Positions 8,087 through 18,646 of a stretch of DNA of 52,040 nt are shown here, piece by piece (position 1 is the stretch's first letter; every line of letters begins with the position of its first letter). The stretch is from an uncultured archaeon. Lineage in GTDB: Archaea > Aenigmatarchaeota > Aenigmatarchaeia > CG10238-14 > SCSR01. Below the pieces are notes generated by a model. The model did no database searches and had not been told where the DNA came from. It saw only the letters and a list, made by a program, of their open reading frames with translations. Both the position numbers and the translations under genes were made by a program. The stretch spans positions 1 to 52,040 of the forward strand of contig CAZYBR010000002.1 in the NCBI GenBank assembly GCA_964645905.1, in the 5' to 3' direction.

Positions 8087-9105
8087 TAGCTCTAGTTATT
8101 GCATTATTCGTTTCTCTGATAACCACATTTTTAATAATACCACCATTGAGAAAATTCCTTTCCTCAGTTGGGATAGTCAGTCTAGATGTAAATAAAAAAA
8201 ATAGACCTGTGCTTCCGGCAAGCGGCGGAATTTTTATAGCCGTAGGCGTCTTAGCAGGAATACTTGTTTATACCGGATTGCAAACATTCATTTACGGAAA
8301 TTATGACATATCATTATTCCTTCTGACATCAGTTTCAAGCGTCATCATAGTAGCATTCATAGGAGTATTGGATGATTTGAATGTCAAATCGAAGCCAGTG
8401 CTAACACGCGATGGTAAAAATATTAAGGTGGGATTGATTCAATGGGTGAAAGCCCTACTGGTATTACCTGCAGCAATTCCGCTTATGGTCATAAATGTCA
8501 GTTCCACTACAATGTCACTTCCGTTCATAGGCGATGTTAACTTCGGTTTGTTATATCCCCTTTTGATTATACCATTTGGGGTTATAGTGTCATCCAATAT
8601 GGTGAACATGTTGGGCGGATACAACGGTATAGAAGCTGGGATGGGCGCGGTTTACACATTGGGATTGGGAGTATATGCTCTCACACATGGCAGTGAGGCA
8701 GCCGCGGTAGTCTTTCTTTCGACATTCGCAGCTTTACTGCCTTTCCTCAGATATAATTGGTATCCAGCAAAACTTTTACCGGGTGATAGTCTGACTTATC
8801 TACTTGGAGTAATTGTTGCGGTGGGTATTATAATTGGGCACATGCAGAGAGCTGGTATAGTAATGATGCTCCCTTTTATTTTTCAAGGAACGATAAAATT
8901 CTATTCTAAATTCAAGCTTGGTGAATTCGCATCTGATATAGGAATCGTACAAAAGGACGGCACTATCAAGCCGAGGTATGATAAAATCTATTCACTCATC
9001 CATGTTATTCTAAGATTAGGCAGATTCAAAGAATTCCAAGTAACTATAATTTTCATGGTAATTCAAGCGTTATTCGTTATACTACCTTTCATCTTATGGG
9101 GTTAA
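8083..9105 (+). CDS. aglH: Dolichyl-phosphate hexose/GlcNAc-1-phosphate transferase (MraY/WecA/Alg7 superfamily, AglH-like)
   Basis: 340 aa and polytopic. It has the VLDDLN motif and NMLGGYNGIEAG (the archaeal version of NxxDGxDGL). Its ATGA overlaps the polB stop. Confidence 0.7.
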   Translation: MIALVIALFVSLITTFLIIPPLRKFLSSVGIVSLDVNKKNRPVLPASGGIFIAVGVLAGILVYTGLQTFIYGNYDISLFLLTSVSSVIIVAFIGVLDDLNVKSKPVLTRDGKNIKVGLIQWVKALLVLPAAIPLMVINVSSTTMSLPFIGDVNFGLLYPLLIIPFGVIVSSNMVNMLGGYNGIEAGMGAVYTLGLGVYALTHGSEAAAVVFLSTFAALLPFLRYNWYPAKLLPGDSLTYLLGVIVAVGIIIGHMQRAGIVMMLPFIFQGTIKFYSKFKLGEFASDIGIVQKDGTIKPRYDKIYSLIHVILRLGRFKEFQVTIIFMVIQALFVILPFILWG

Positions 9106-9106
9106 A

Positions 9107-10648
9107 TCATTCTTTGAACTTTGACAACAGGCTTTGCAACTTGACAACATACTTACCAATAATCGGTATCTTAGTTGAAAAGAACTCCAAAACTTTGATA
9201 TCCTCATCCTTGTAAAATTTAATCGGCAACAAAACAATCAAGTAGAGCATGCAGCTCATAAGAGCAAATAAAATTCTGATTTTGAAATCATGAACATATC
9301 CCATTATTAGATACAACAATCCGAATGAGAATGCCGCAGACAATATGAGTTTAGCTAATCCTTTGAATGGAAAACCAAGCTTTATCTTATTCCTCAAATA
9401 CATGTAGCTCACAAGAACCAGAAATACAGCTGAAATTGTGTATGCGATAGCAGATCCTAAAGCTGAAAATAAATGTATTAAGATTCCAGCGGAAAGTAAG
9501 AATATCAAGGTGCCGAAAATCAATATATTTCTATTTACCTTCGGCTGTCCCACTGCATAAATGTTATCAAGAAATATACCACTAATGCCCTGTATCAACG
9601 ATGCGAACGCAAGCAATGGAATAAATTGCGATGCTGATACATATTCTGCTCTCGAAAAGATCAATATAGCAGGCTCTGAGAACAACACCAATAATACTGC
9701 AAGTGGGATTGTTATAAGCAAACTGTAACGAAGCACCAAACCTATGAGACGGCTTTGTTTGACTTTTGCATCGGATTCTATTGATAGACTGGAAGTGATT
9801 GGTATCAAAGCTGAGTTTAAAGTGGTCGGTATCACTACTAAATAAGATGTTAAGACCATCGCGACTGCGTATATACCAGTCACTTCAGGACCTTTCAAAG
9901 CCGTTATCAGTATATACTGACCATTTATAAACACCAACCAGCAAAGAGTGATGATGAAAGCTGGTATTGCATATGTCAGCATTATTGATTTTTCATCAAT
10001 TTTCCCAGTTTTTAATTTTAACGGAATATATCTGAACCGTAGTATGATCATTATCACATTACCTAGAAGAAAACCTATCAATGGCCCGAAATACTTGAAC
10101 CCGAATAAAATCAATGCCAACGAAATCACAAGCTTTCCAACCTGACCAATGATATCCGTAATCGCTAAAACCTTCATTTCTTGGAAGCTGTAAATTATGT
10201 ATCTGAACTGCAGTGCCACTGAATATGAAAACAGAGCAAGTACACTAATGAGTAGAACATTCACAGGCATTTTTAAGACCGATGAAATAAAAGATGAAAA
10301 CATCAAAGTTGTTACCAGAATAATAGAATTTGAAATTAGCACAAATTTCATAGAAGATTTTATTAAGGAATTTATCTTCATGTGCTCACGTCTTCCTAAG
10401 AATTCAGGAATCAGCTTCCAGACAGTGAAATGTAAACCTAATAGACTCGCACTTCCAACTAACAAAGCGAGGTTCACCGAAGTTGATACAATCCCATATT
10501 CTACAGGCAATAAGAATTTTCCAGCTATAAACCAAAAAAAGAACCCTATTACAGAAAGGCTAGCCCAATCCAAGAAAAGATATATTGTATTTGAAATGAG
10601 CTTGTCTTTTATCGGACCATCATTGCTTTTAATTTCGTTTTTTTTCAT
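9107..10648 (-). CDS. Oligo/polysaccharide flippase (MOP superfamily, Wzx-like)
   Basis: 513 aa, with hydrophobic helices along the whole length, a basic N-terminus and glycan-cluster context. This matches the architecture of polysaccharide biosynthesis protein/Wzx. Confidence 0.6.
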   Translation of the reverse strand: MKKNEIKSNDGPIKDKLISNTIYLFLDWASLSVIGFFFWFIAGKFLLPVEYGIVSTSVNLALLVGSASLLGLHFTVWKLIPEFLGRREHMKINSLIKSSMKFVLISNSIILVTTLMFSSFISSVLKMPVNVLLISVLALFSYSVALQFRYIIYSFQEMKVLAITDIIGQVGKLVISLALILFGFKYFGPLIGFLLGNVIMIILRFRYIPLKLKTGKIDEKSIMLTYAIPAFIITLCWLVFINGQYILITALKGPEVTGIYAVAMVLTSYLVVIPTTLNSALIPITSSLSIESDAKVKQSRLIGLVLRYSLLITIPLAVLLVLFSEPAILIFSRAEYVSASQFIPLLAFASLIQGISGIFLDNIYAVGQPKVNRNILIFGTLIFLLSAGILIHLFSALGSAIAYTISAVFLVLVSYMYLRNKIKLGFPFKGLAKLILSAAFSFGLLYLIMGYVHDFKIRILFALMSCMLYLIVLLPIKFYKDEDIKVLEFFSTKIPIIGKYVVKLQSLLSKFKE

Positions 10649-10665
10649 TACAACATCTCAGCAGG

Positions 10666-11385
10666 TTACTTTATTTTCCGTAGCTTCAATAATACAATCT
10701 TCTTGATGAATTCAGGTACCACACTGCGTAATTTTATCCCGCTTTGTAGTTTAGTCTCTTCCCAAACCACAGGTATTTCTTTTATTTTGAACCCCTTCTT
10801 CTCTGCAATGTATAGCATTTCTGATTCAAAGAACCATTTCCTATCCCTTACTAAATGCAATAATTTTCTAGCTACATCTCTCCTAACCGCTTTGAATCCA
10901 CATTGACCATCATTAAATTTGACATTCAGCAGAAATTTCAACAGAATTTTATGGTATACGAATGATGCAATCTTACGTTTTAAAGATCTTTTGACTATAG
11001 ACTTTCGCATATATCTTGAACCTACACAGATATCAAATCCTTCTTCTACGCCTCCAATCAAATTTTTGAATTCGTCTAATCTTACAGAGAGGTCGACATC
11101 CATATATGAAAGTATTTCCGCATTGCTCTTTTCCCAAGCTGTTATGACACCAGAACCTTTTCCTGGGATTTTAGTGTAAATGTAAGAGACTTCCTTATAT
11201 TGTTTTGAAAGCATTTCCGACAAATCTATTATTGCATTCGCATCCCCGCCATTTATTGCAATGACGATTCTCCAATCATATTCTTTTAGATTCTTTCTGA
11301 AAAACTTCACTTGCCTTTCTATATTGGGTTGCAATTCTTTCAAGTTTCCATGGTAGACTGGGATTATTATATCAACCGTTTTCAT
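10666..11385 (-). CDS. GT2 glycosyltransferase (dolichyl-phosphate sugar synthase-like)
   Basis: N-terminal VDIIIPVYHGN, DxD-type MDVDLS, about 240 aa, soluble GT-A size. Confidence 0.7.
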   Translation of the reverse strand: MKTVDIIIPVYHGNLKELQPNIERQVKFFRKNLKEYDWRIVIAINGGDANAIIDLSEMLSKQYKEVSYIYTKIPGKGSGVITAWEKSNAEILSYMDVDLSVRLDEFKNLIGGVEEGFDICVGSRYMRKSIVKRSLKRKIASFVYHKILLKFLLNVKFNDGQCGFKAVRRDVARKLLHLVRDRKWFFESEMLYIAEKKGFKIKEIPVVWEETKLQSGIKLRSVVPEFIKKIVLLKLRKIK

Positions 11386-12287
11386 ATCATCTTACCAAAT
11401 TGTGTCTTAAATGGTCTGATTGTTTTTTTGATTCCTATCTTGAACGACGTCGGCTTGTATCTGAATATTTGGACAGTTTTACTAATATCGTAGATTTTAT
11501 CTATTTCCAAACTTTTAACCTGGAAAAAGCCAAATTTAGGTTTCTTCATTCTTTTATTGAAGGAATTTACAAGCTTCAATAAAATCGTGGGTATATGGAC
11601 AAGCAATTTGTTGATATTCAATTCCTTTAGTACGCCTTCCGCAAATTCGTCATAACTTATCTTAGAAGGGCCAGCAATGACATATTCTCCTTGAATGTCG
11701 TATTTTAAGCCGTTCTCTATGCTTTTTACAACATCTTCTACAAAGACTGGTTGGAAAAGTTTTTTGCCGTTTCCAGGTATCGGAACCACATTATATTTCT
11801 TGATAATATCCAACAATTTTTTGACATACCTTTCGTCATAACGGCCATAAACTAACGTAGGCCTAATGATTAAGTAGTCATCAAAGGTTTTCACTAGCTT
11901 TTCAGCGATTCGTTTAGTCCCTGAATACATGTCGTCAAAATTATAAAGTACATTTTCACTGCTGATTAAAATAATCTTTTTGACATAGAACATATTAGCA
12001 GCATCAACAATATTTTTCGTAGAATTGACATTAATCTTTACTATATCCTTGTCGAACGGGTCAAGTATTGCCGCTAAGTGGACTACGGCATCTATGTTAT
12101 GAATAGCATTATTTATACAATCCGGGTCTGTTATATCACCGTGAATTACTTTTATATCAGCTCTATTGTAGGACGGATCTCTGACTATAGCGACGACTTC
12201 ATAGTTTTTAACCAGCCTATCGATTAAATGCCTGCCTATGAAACCGGTACCGCCAGTTACAAGAATCCTTTTAATTGTATTTCGCAT
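11382..12287 (-). CDS. NAD-dependent nucleotide-sugar epimerase/dehydratase (extended SDR)
   Basis: ILVTGGTGFIGRHL Rossmann motif and YSGTKRIAE (YxxxK). There is a 4-nt overlap with the downstream GT2 gene. Confidence 0.75.
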   Translation of the reverse strand: MRNTIKRILVTGGTGFIGRHLIDRLVKNYEVVAIVRDPSYNRADIKVIHGDITDPDCINNAIHNIDAVVHLAAILDPFDKDIVKINVNSTKNIVDAANMFYVKKIILISSENVLYNFDDMYSGTKRIAEKLVKTFDDYLIIRPTLVYGRYDERYVKKLLDIIKKYNVVPIPGNGKKLFQPVFVEDVVKSIENGLKYDIQGEYVIAGPSKISYDEFAEGVLKELNINKLLVHIPTILLKLVNSFNKRMKKPKFGFFQVKSLEIDKIYDISKTVQIFRYKPTSFKIGIKKTIRPFKTQFGKMI

Positions 12288-12325
12288 AGGTTAAATTACC
12301 CCAAATAGTATATAGAAGGAATATT

Positions 12326-13903
12326 ATGAAAAGCTTAAGTAGTCTCTGGAAAACTTCCGATAAGCCGGATATATACCTCATCGCGTTTCTTTTAATTTTC
12401 ACTACAGTATCACTGTTCTTGTTGAATGCACCGGCAACTACAGATGAGGGCACTCACAGCCTTATATCGCTCTTCTTCCGAGATCTTATTCGAGATTGGG
12501 TAAATAATCCTACGCTTTCCTTTTCGAAAATTTACGATTATGCTATATCGTATCTTGTACACTATCCTAAACTGTCACTCTATTATCCGCCATTGTTGCA
12601 TGTGATAGTCTCGTTTTTCTATTCGCTTTTCGGTCCATCATTTTTTGTAGCTAGGATTGTTGTACTTCTTTTTTCAGTTGGTATGCTGGTAATGCTGTAC
12701 AAAACCGTGAAAATCCTTCTCAATGGAAAGACAGCTTTACTGGTAACATGCCTAGCCTCGGTAATGCCGATGGTGTATTACAATTCCATAACGGTGATGA
12801 CTGATATACCCTACATGTTCTTTTTCATGCTGGCTATGTATTTCTACATCAAAGCATTTGACTCTAATAAAAAGGTACATTTCATTATAGCGTCTGTCGC
12901 TACGGCGTTAGGGTTTCTCACAAAATGGAATGCCATATTGATATTACCCATAATTTTTGCTTACGCTTTTCTAGAAAAGCGTGATCAGATGAAAAACGTC
13001 GTACTGTCCATAATCTTAGTATTCCTTATAATTTCGCCATATATGTTTGTCATTTGGAAGACAGGCTTGATTTCCATACCTTTCATCTCGTCGCTACAGG
13101 TGTCGGCAACAGCTAAGCACGATCCACAATTCGATACAGTTGAAGGTTGGATGTATTATCCGAAGGTTTTGGCAAATCAGTATTTTACTATCCCGATTTT
13201 TCTCGCCTCGATAGCGGCTTTGATATACTATTCTCTCAGAAAGGAAAGGTATTGGAAACTTCTTGTAATATGGTCGCTTGTTTTCTATTTGTTCTTTACA
13301 GTCTTGTCGAATAAAGAACCTAGGTACGTCATACCAATGATACCTGCCTTATTACTACCATTGTCATTTTTTATTGTGTCACAAAGATATAGAATTTCAG
13401 TACCAATTATAATTTTCATTTCAATATTGCTGTTATTTTCAACTTCACAACTAATCTCAAGTGCATTCTACTACAATCCGGATATATCAGGGGTTGTAAA
13501 ACAGACGCTTGATTCAGATGGGAATGTACTCGTAGCCGCAGAATCAGGCTGGTTCTATTCATCCCAGTTTATTTTTAAATTGGCTTCGATGGATGAAAGT
13601 GCATCAAAATTTGTATACAGGCCATGCTCATTGTCAGCCATGTCATTAAGCGAGTTATCATCGATACATGGTATAAGATATGTGATATTGCCAGAACCGG
13701 TCGACCGAGACCTAGATAAGGTGGCGATAGTAAAATCATCGAGTATATTGAATACCGAAAAGGTATTTTCCACAAGCACGACGAATATCACGTTATACAC
13801 GTCTAATGATTATGTACCTCAGAAAGAATACTGCAATTTTGTTTGCGTTCTGAATACAACTGTTTGCAGCAAATATGAACTTCCGAGAGATGCTTTAAAA
13901 TAG
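12326..13903 (+). CDS. GT-C fold membrane glycosyltransferase (GT39/GT83, ArnT/PMT-like)
   Basis: 525 aa and polytopic. The first-loop acidic motif (TTDEGTH) and YYPPLLH (hPPL) loop are typical of ArnT/PMT-type enzymes. Confidence 0.6.
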   Translation: MKSLSSLWKTSDKPDIYLIAFLLIFTTVSLFLLNAPATTDEGTHSLISLFFRDLIRDWVNNPTLSFSKIYDYAISYLVHYPKLSLYYPPLLHVIVSFFYSLFGPSFFVARIVVLLFSVGMLVMLYKTVKILLNGKTALLVTCLASVMPMVYYNSITVMTDIPYMFFFMLAMYFYIKAFDSNKKVHFIIASVATALGFLTKWNAILILPIIFAYAFLEKRDQMKNVVLSIILVFLIISPYMFVIWKTGLISIPFISSLQVSATAKHDPQFDTVEGWMYYPKVLANQYFTIPIFLASIAALIYYSLRKERYWKLLVIWSLVFYLFFTVLSNKEPRYVIPMIPALLLPLSFFIVSQRYRISVPIIIFISILLLFSTSQLISSAFYYNPDISGVVKQTLDSDGNVLVAAESGWFYSSQFIFKLASMDESASKFVYRPCSLSAMSLSELSSIHGIRYVILPEPVDRDLDKVAIVKSSSILNTEKVFSTSTTNITLYTSNDYVPQKEYCNFVCVLNTTVCSKYELPRDALK

Positions 13904-13932
13904 CCTAAAATTTAGTAGATATATAAGATTTC

Positions 13933-15441
13933 ATGCTTGGCATATACCTGCTATGTTCGATAGCAACTTTAGTATTTGGTTTAATCGGTTGGTTCGGTGT
14001 CTCATATTTTATTTCAAAGTATAGAAATACATCGAATGTTCTTTCATTTTCAATAGGATCTCTGATATTTTTATCAGCTTTTCTTTTCTACGGGGTAGCA
14101 TTATTTTATTCAGGAATTTTCAATAGGATTACTATACTATTGCCGTTAGTCGTACTCTTCCCATTCGCCTTCAAGTTTGTCAAACAGTCTGACCCAGAAA
14201 CTAAAATACTATCACTTCTTTTTGTTTCAATGTTCACAATAGGAATTCTTCTTCAGACGCTACTACCATATTATCCTATTGGCGGAGACTGGTTCTCTCA
14301 CTATAAGACAAGCTCGGATTACCTGAAGAACAATGAGATTACGTTCCTCAATGGCAGACCACCAGTTTTCAACTTTCTCGGTGCAATGTTCCTTAAAATC
14401 TTTGCAGATAACTTCTGGATATATCAGATAGCTTCTGTTTTCCTGAACAGCCTGGTAATAATACCTCTTTATCTAATTGCGAAATTTTTCGATAAAAGAA
14501 TAGCATTAACCGCAGTAATTTTCGTTCTTTTGAATTCATTCGTATTGCAGAACACAATTTATACATGGCCTAAGAACCTCACATCATTTTTCATATTGTT
14601 CTTTTTTTATTTCGCCCTCCGAAACCAGACTTTATTTTCTGTTTTACCTGCATCACTAGCACTTTATACAAGTCCAATAAGCTTGTTTTTCCTGCCAGCC
14701 GGATTTATTTATAGTTATTTCAAGAAAAACAAGGATTTGCTAAAAAGCGCCTTGTTGATAATACTTATCTTCATGCCATTCGCTTTGTACTCTTTACTCA
14801 AAACTGGTACTGGAGAAACTACACCATTTTTATTATATCCAATAGCTGTCAATGGGTACGAGAGCTTGATAACAGAGCCATTATCGAAGACGATTGGAGA
14901 CTTTCTAAGCAAGTCAATTTACTATATAATTGGAATACGAATCATAGTGGCCATAATGACGATGTTCCCTGCACTATTGGCATTAAAATTCCTCACACTA
15001 TTTGTAAATTTGCCGGTTATACAAATCCAGAAGACAGTCGTAGTGAGCCAAGTACCACTTCTATACCATTTCATGCATTCTATACCAGGAGCATTATCAA
15101 CATTGGTTTATGTTTTTAGTATGATAGGCCTGTATAATCTCTTCAAACGGGACAGAAATTTGTTCTTCCTATTTGTTCTTCCCCTGGTTTTTGCTATTTT
15201 ATATTGGGGCTGGATAAAAGCAGGTCTAATGAACGATTTGTTACAACCACTTGTGCCATTGCTGATAATGGTTGCAGTTTCTCAGATGAAGAGCAAAAAA
15301 CTGATCTATTTGTCATTAGCAGTCATGTTGATCGAGGGCGTTATATTCGGTTACGTTTATCATTCGCAGATTGCAGATTTCATTAGAACCACTACGGACC
15401 AGGAAATGCTGTCTGTGGACAGTATAAACAGGCTTCTATGA
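13933..15441 (+). CDS. Polytopic membrane protein, GT-C-like glycosyltransferase or polymerase
   Basis: 502 aa, more than 10 predicted helices, an RPPVFNFLGAMF loop resembling the hPPL loop of GT-C enzymes, and glycan-cluster context. Confidence 0.4.
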   Translation: MLGIYLLCSIATLVFGLIGWFGVSYFISKYRNTSNVLSFSIGSLIFLSAFLFYGVALFYSGIFNRITILLPLVVLFPFAFKFVKQSDPETKILSLLFVSMFTIGILLQTLLPYYPIGGDWFSHYKTSSDYLKNNEITFLNGRPPVFNFLGAMFLKIFADNFWIYQIASVFLNSLVIIPLYLIAKFFDKRIALTAVIFVLLNSFVLQNTIYTWPKNLTSFFILFFFYFALRNQTLFSVLPASLALYTSPISLFFLPAGFIYSYFKKNKDLLKSALLIILIFMPFALYSLLKTGTGETTPFLLYPIAVNGYESLITEPLSKTIGDFLSKSIYYIIGIRIIVAIMTMFPALLALKFLTLFVNLPVIQIQKTVVVSQVPLLYHFMHSIPGALSTLVYVFSMIGLYNLFKRDRNLFFLFVLPLVFAILYWGWIKAGLMNDLLQPLVPLLIMVAVSQMKSKKLIYLSLAVMLIEGVIFGYVYHSQIADFIRTTTDQEMLSVDSINRLL

Positions 15442-15493
15442 CTACCGTCGTAACAACTAATTTAAAAGACTTCAAGTTTATCTTAATGATTAG

Positions 15494-16471
15494 ATGTTAC
15501 CGAAAGTATCGATAGTAATTGTAAATTACAACCGTAAAGAAATAATAGAATGCATAAAATCAGTCAAAAAAGCAGACTACCCACAGGACAAAATAGAGAT
15601 TATAGTATCTGACAACAATTCAACAGACGATTCTCTATCCCAGATAAGGAAACTTTTTCTAGACATAGCGATAATAAAATCTGGTAAAAATCAAGGCTAC
15701 GGTGCAGGATGCAATCATGGTGCGAAATATGCACATGGGAAATACATGGTATTCTTGACTCCTGACAACATTGTTGACCGAAAATGGCTTCCGAATCTTG
15801 TGAATAAAATAGAAAATGATAAAACAGTCGGCACTGTGACTTCAAAGGTCATGTACCTTAGTCAAAAAAATAAAATAAATTCTATGGGATGTTTCTTGAG
15901 CATATTTGGGATTTGTGGGAGCATCAACTCGTCTAAATATGTGCATAATTCAAATATATTCGCTCCATCCGGAGCATCTTTCATAATTTCTAGAGAGCTG
16001 TTCAAGAAAGTGGGCGGATTCGATGAGAAACTGTTCATGTATTCAGAAGATGTCGATCTTGGATGGCGTGTATTAAATCTAGGATATAGGAACATAACAT
16101 CCGCTGATTCTGTAACGTATCATAATACCGATATAACAACCAAGAATAAAGGTGATTTGTTTTATCATTACAATACTAGGAATAATCTTCTAATCATAAT
16201 GAAAAATGCCACATTTCCACTTATTATACCGATGATGGTATTTTCAACTTCATTCCACTTGTCAAGAGCCATAATATTTGCGATGATTGGCAGGATGTCT
16301 TACAGCAAAGCCACATTCAGTGGGTTGTTTTGGATTTTAACTAATCTGAAGGATGGGTTAAGAAGCAGGGTTTTACAGAGAAATAGAAATAACAAATACA
16401 CGAGATTCATTACCGGGATAAAAGACAGCGTACCTATACTCTTTGGGAAGGTTTTCAAACATTTAAGTTAG
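15494..16471 (+). CDS. GT2 glycosyltransferase (rhamnosyl/galactosyl-transferase-like)
   Basis: VSIVIVNYNRKE...SDNNSTDDS and YSEDVDLGWR motifs. The 3' end overlaps the convergent Alg13-like gene by 17 nt. Confidence 0.75.
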   Translation: MLPKVSIVIVNYNRKEIIECIKSVKKADYPQDKIEIIVSDNNSTDDSLSQIRKLFLDIAIIKSGKNQGYGAGCNHGAKYAHGKYMVFLTPDNIVDRKWLPNLVNKIENDKTVGTVTSKVMYLSQKNKINSMGCFLSIFGICGSINSSKYVHNSNIFAPSGASFIISRELFKKVGGFDEKLFMYSEDVDLGWRVLNLGYRNITSADSVTYHNTDITTKNKGDLFYHYNTRNNLLIIMKNATFPLIIPMMVFSTSFHLSRAIIFAMIGRMSYSKATFSGLFWILTNLKDGLRSRVLQRNRNNKYTRFITGIKDSVPILFGKVFKHLS

Positions 16472-16946
16472 ATTCGAGCTTTGATAAATAATTTTTTATA
16501 ATATCTGGTATTCTAGATTCAGAACCTCTTTGTCTCGGTTTGAATGCTTTTACTCTCTCCACAGCTTTAGAAAGATTCTTTAGACTATAAACTGCTATTA
16601 TCCTGCCCTTCTTTTCCAATTCCCTGGTGGTGAATATTTGATGACGGTCCAGATGCTCGTTATATTCTGGCAGTCTAGGTACAACTATAATGGTTTTGTT
16701 CAGTTCCAATCCAGTCATTATAGACCCCACACCACCGTGCGAAATTATGAAATCTGCTTTTTTTTGCAATTCCAGCATCTTTTCAAATTCTAGAAACCTA
16801 AACCATTTGTAATTTTTAGGAATATAGTTAGAGTGTCCTATCTGAGCCACTACAACCTGTATTTTGCCATTCGCAACCATTATATCCAGTCCTTTCAACA
16901 GCCTATCAAATATGCGGTCATGTGTACCGACAGTTACGAATATCAA
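16455..16946 (-). CDS. Alg13-like glycosyltransferase subunit (GT28 C-terminal domain)
   Basis: 163 aa: MIFVTVGTH..FDRL at the N-terminus and ISHGGVGSIMTGL nucleotide-sugar loop. There is a 4-nt overlap with the upstream Alg14-like gene. Confidence 0.7.
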   Translation of the reverse strand: MIFVTVGTHDRIFDRLLKGLDIMVANGKIQVVVAQIGHSNYIPKNYKWFRFLEFEKMLELQKKADFIISHGGVGSIMTGLELNKTIIVVPRLPEYNEHLDRHQIFTTRELEKKGRIIAVYSLKNLSKAVERVKAFKPRQRGSESRIPDIIKNYLSKLESNLNV

Positions 16947-17401
16947 AGCAACTGACCTCCATATATTGCCTTGTCACCGTAGAATTTTTCCAATTTCTCC
17001 CACTGGATTATGAACAAGTCAGAAATGTGGTAGACTATTCTTCCAGTCAATGAAGGTTTGTCTATTCTAGAGAAAGTTTCAATAAAAATTATTTTTGATC
17101 TGAAAAGGATCTTCGCCATGAAGCACAGAGGTACTACAAGACCTGCTCCAGTAGTGATTACCACTTGGGGCCTCTCCTTAAGTAAGACAAACAATGTCCT
17201 GATCGAGTGAGTGACAAATTTCAACGGGTTTCTTCCAGGGTTGTCAACGAGATACAATTTATAATTTTTGAGTACATTCCTCATATGCGAAGCCGGTGTA
17301 ACAAAAAACAGCTTATGTTTTTTCAATATAGGAAGTATTTTCATCAGTTGGTTGAAATGGCCACCTGAGCTTGCAGTCAAACAAATCTTCATTTCTATCA
17401 A
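16943..17401 (-). CDS. Alg14-like oligosaccharide biosynthesis subunit
   Basis: 152 aa with CLTASSGGHFNQL (the SGGH motif of Alg14/PssD/CpsF-type proteins). No N-terminal TM anchor is visible. Confidence 0.65.
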   Translation of the reverse strand: MIEMKICLTASSGGHFNQLMKILPILKKHKLFFVTPASHMRNVLKNYKLYLVDNPGRNPLKFVTHSIRTLFVLLKERPQVVITTGAGLVVPLCFMAKILFRSKIIFIETFSRIDKPSLTGRIVYHISDLFIIQWEKLEKFYGDKAIYGGQLL

Positions 17402-17485
17402 TATAGACTCTTATCGCAAGAGTTATAAATTTAAGTCGAATGAAGGTCAATAGGTGTAAATAAAGTTACTTACAAAGGTCATTTT

Positions 17486-18580
17486 ATGAAAATATGCCAT
17501 TTGGGAGATGCTAGTGTCATCCATACGTGGAGATGGGTAGACGCTATGGAAAAGAAAGGTCACGAGACCCATTTGATTAGCTTGAATCCACCTCGAGAAG
17601 AATTCCAAAACCCGAATGTCAAAATCCATATTATACCAAAAAAGAATCTCAGAAATCCAATAAATCTGATTTTGACAGTCCTTAAAATAAGAAAACTTGT
17701 CAGAGAAATAAACCCTGATTTGGTAGATGCCCACTATGTGACCCATTACGGATTCTTTGCAGCTATGACCGGCAAACCTTACATATGTTGCGCTTGGGGG
17801 AGTGATGTAGTAGTTATGCCTAAGAAATCTAGAATAATCAAAACTGTGACAAAATATACGCTAAAGAGATCCTTGGCTGTCACATGCGACGCATATCATA
17901 TGGCAAAAGCGATTGAAGATCTTGGAGTCGGCAAAGACAAGATAAAATTGATTTATTACGGCGTAGATTTGAACAAGATAAATCCCGACAAATATAGAGA
18001 GACCTTCAAGAGAGTTGATGGCCGTCCTGCTGTGGTTACAGTGAGGGGGCTGGAGCCGCGTTATGACACAGAGACAATAATAAAGTCTATCCCGAATGTG
18101 CGAAGGGAATTTCCTGATGTACGGTTTATAATTATCGGAGACGGCAGTCAAAGGCAGTATTTAGAAGATCTCGCAAAATCACTGAACTGCTCACAGAATG
18201 TCCAATTCTTGGGAAGACTGCCAAACGAAAGGTTGCCTGAATTTTTTGTTCAGTCAGATGTTTATGTATCTACCTCTTTGGCAGATGGTGGGCTCGGTGC
18301 CGCTACAGCAGAAGCAATGACATGCGAAATGCCGGTTATAGTGACAAATTTCGGCGACAACAGGGTGTGGGTCGATGACGGGAAGAACGGATTCGTAATA
18401 GGACCTCAGGACAATGAAGCATTGTCATTGAAAATCATAGAACTATTGAAAAACAAGCCTATGAGGGAAGAAATGGGTAAAATGAACAGGGAAATAATCA
18501 GGACTAGGTTGAATGCAGAGACAGAGATGGCGAAATTGGACAAGCTTTATAAAGATGTCGTGGCCAATCTCAAAAAATAA
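17486..18580 (+). CDS. GT4-family (GT-B fold) glycosyltransferase
   Basis: 364 aa. The C-terminal half carries the EGLGAATAEAMTCEMPVIVT-type E-x7-E region typical of GT4 retaining transferases. Confidence 0.75.
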   Translation: MKICHLGDASVIHTWRWVDAMEKKGHETHLISLNPPREEFQNPNVKIHIIPKKNLRNPINLILTVLKIRKLVREINPDLVDAHYVTHYGFFAAMTGKPYICCAWGSDVVVMPKKSRIIKTVTKYTLKRSLAVTCDAYHMAKAIEDLGVGKDKIKLIYYGVDLNKINPDKYRETFKRVDGRPAVVTVRGLEPRYDTETIIKSIPNVRREFPDVRFIIIGDGSQRQYLEDLAKSLNCSQNVQFLGRLPNERLPEFFVQSDVYVSTSLADGGLGAATAEAMTCEMPVIVTNFGDNRVWVDDGKNGFVIGPQDNEALSLKIIELLKNKPMREEMGKMNREIIRTRLNAETEMAKLDKLYKDVVANLKK

Positions 18581-18646
18581 GTATTTTCGCCTGTCGTGAT
18601 GACGCTCAAAATCAAATATTTAAAATTGATAAACAGTTGGTAATTA

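Noticed and set aside
18590-18646. GTGATGA (C-box-like) in the spacer upstream of the E1 alpha gene, considered as a C/D-box sRNA
   Set aside because: There is no matching CTGA D box, no C'/D' pair and no terminal stem within a plausible 50-70 nt.
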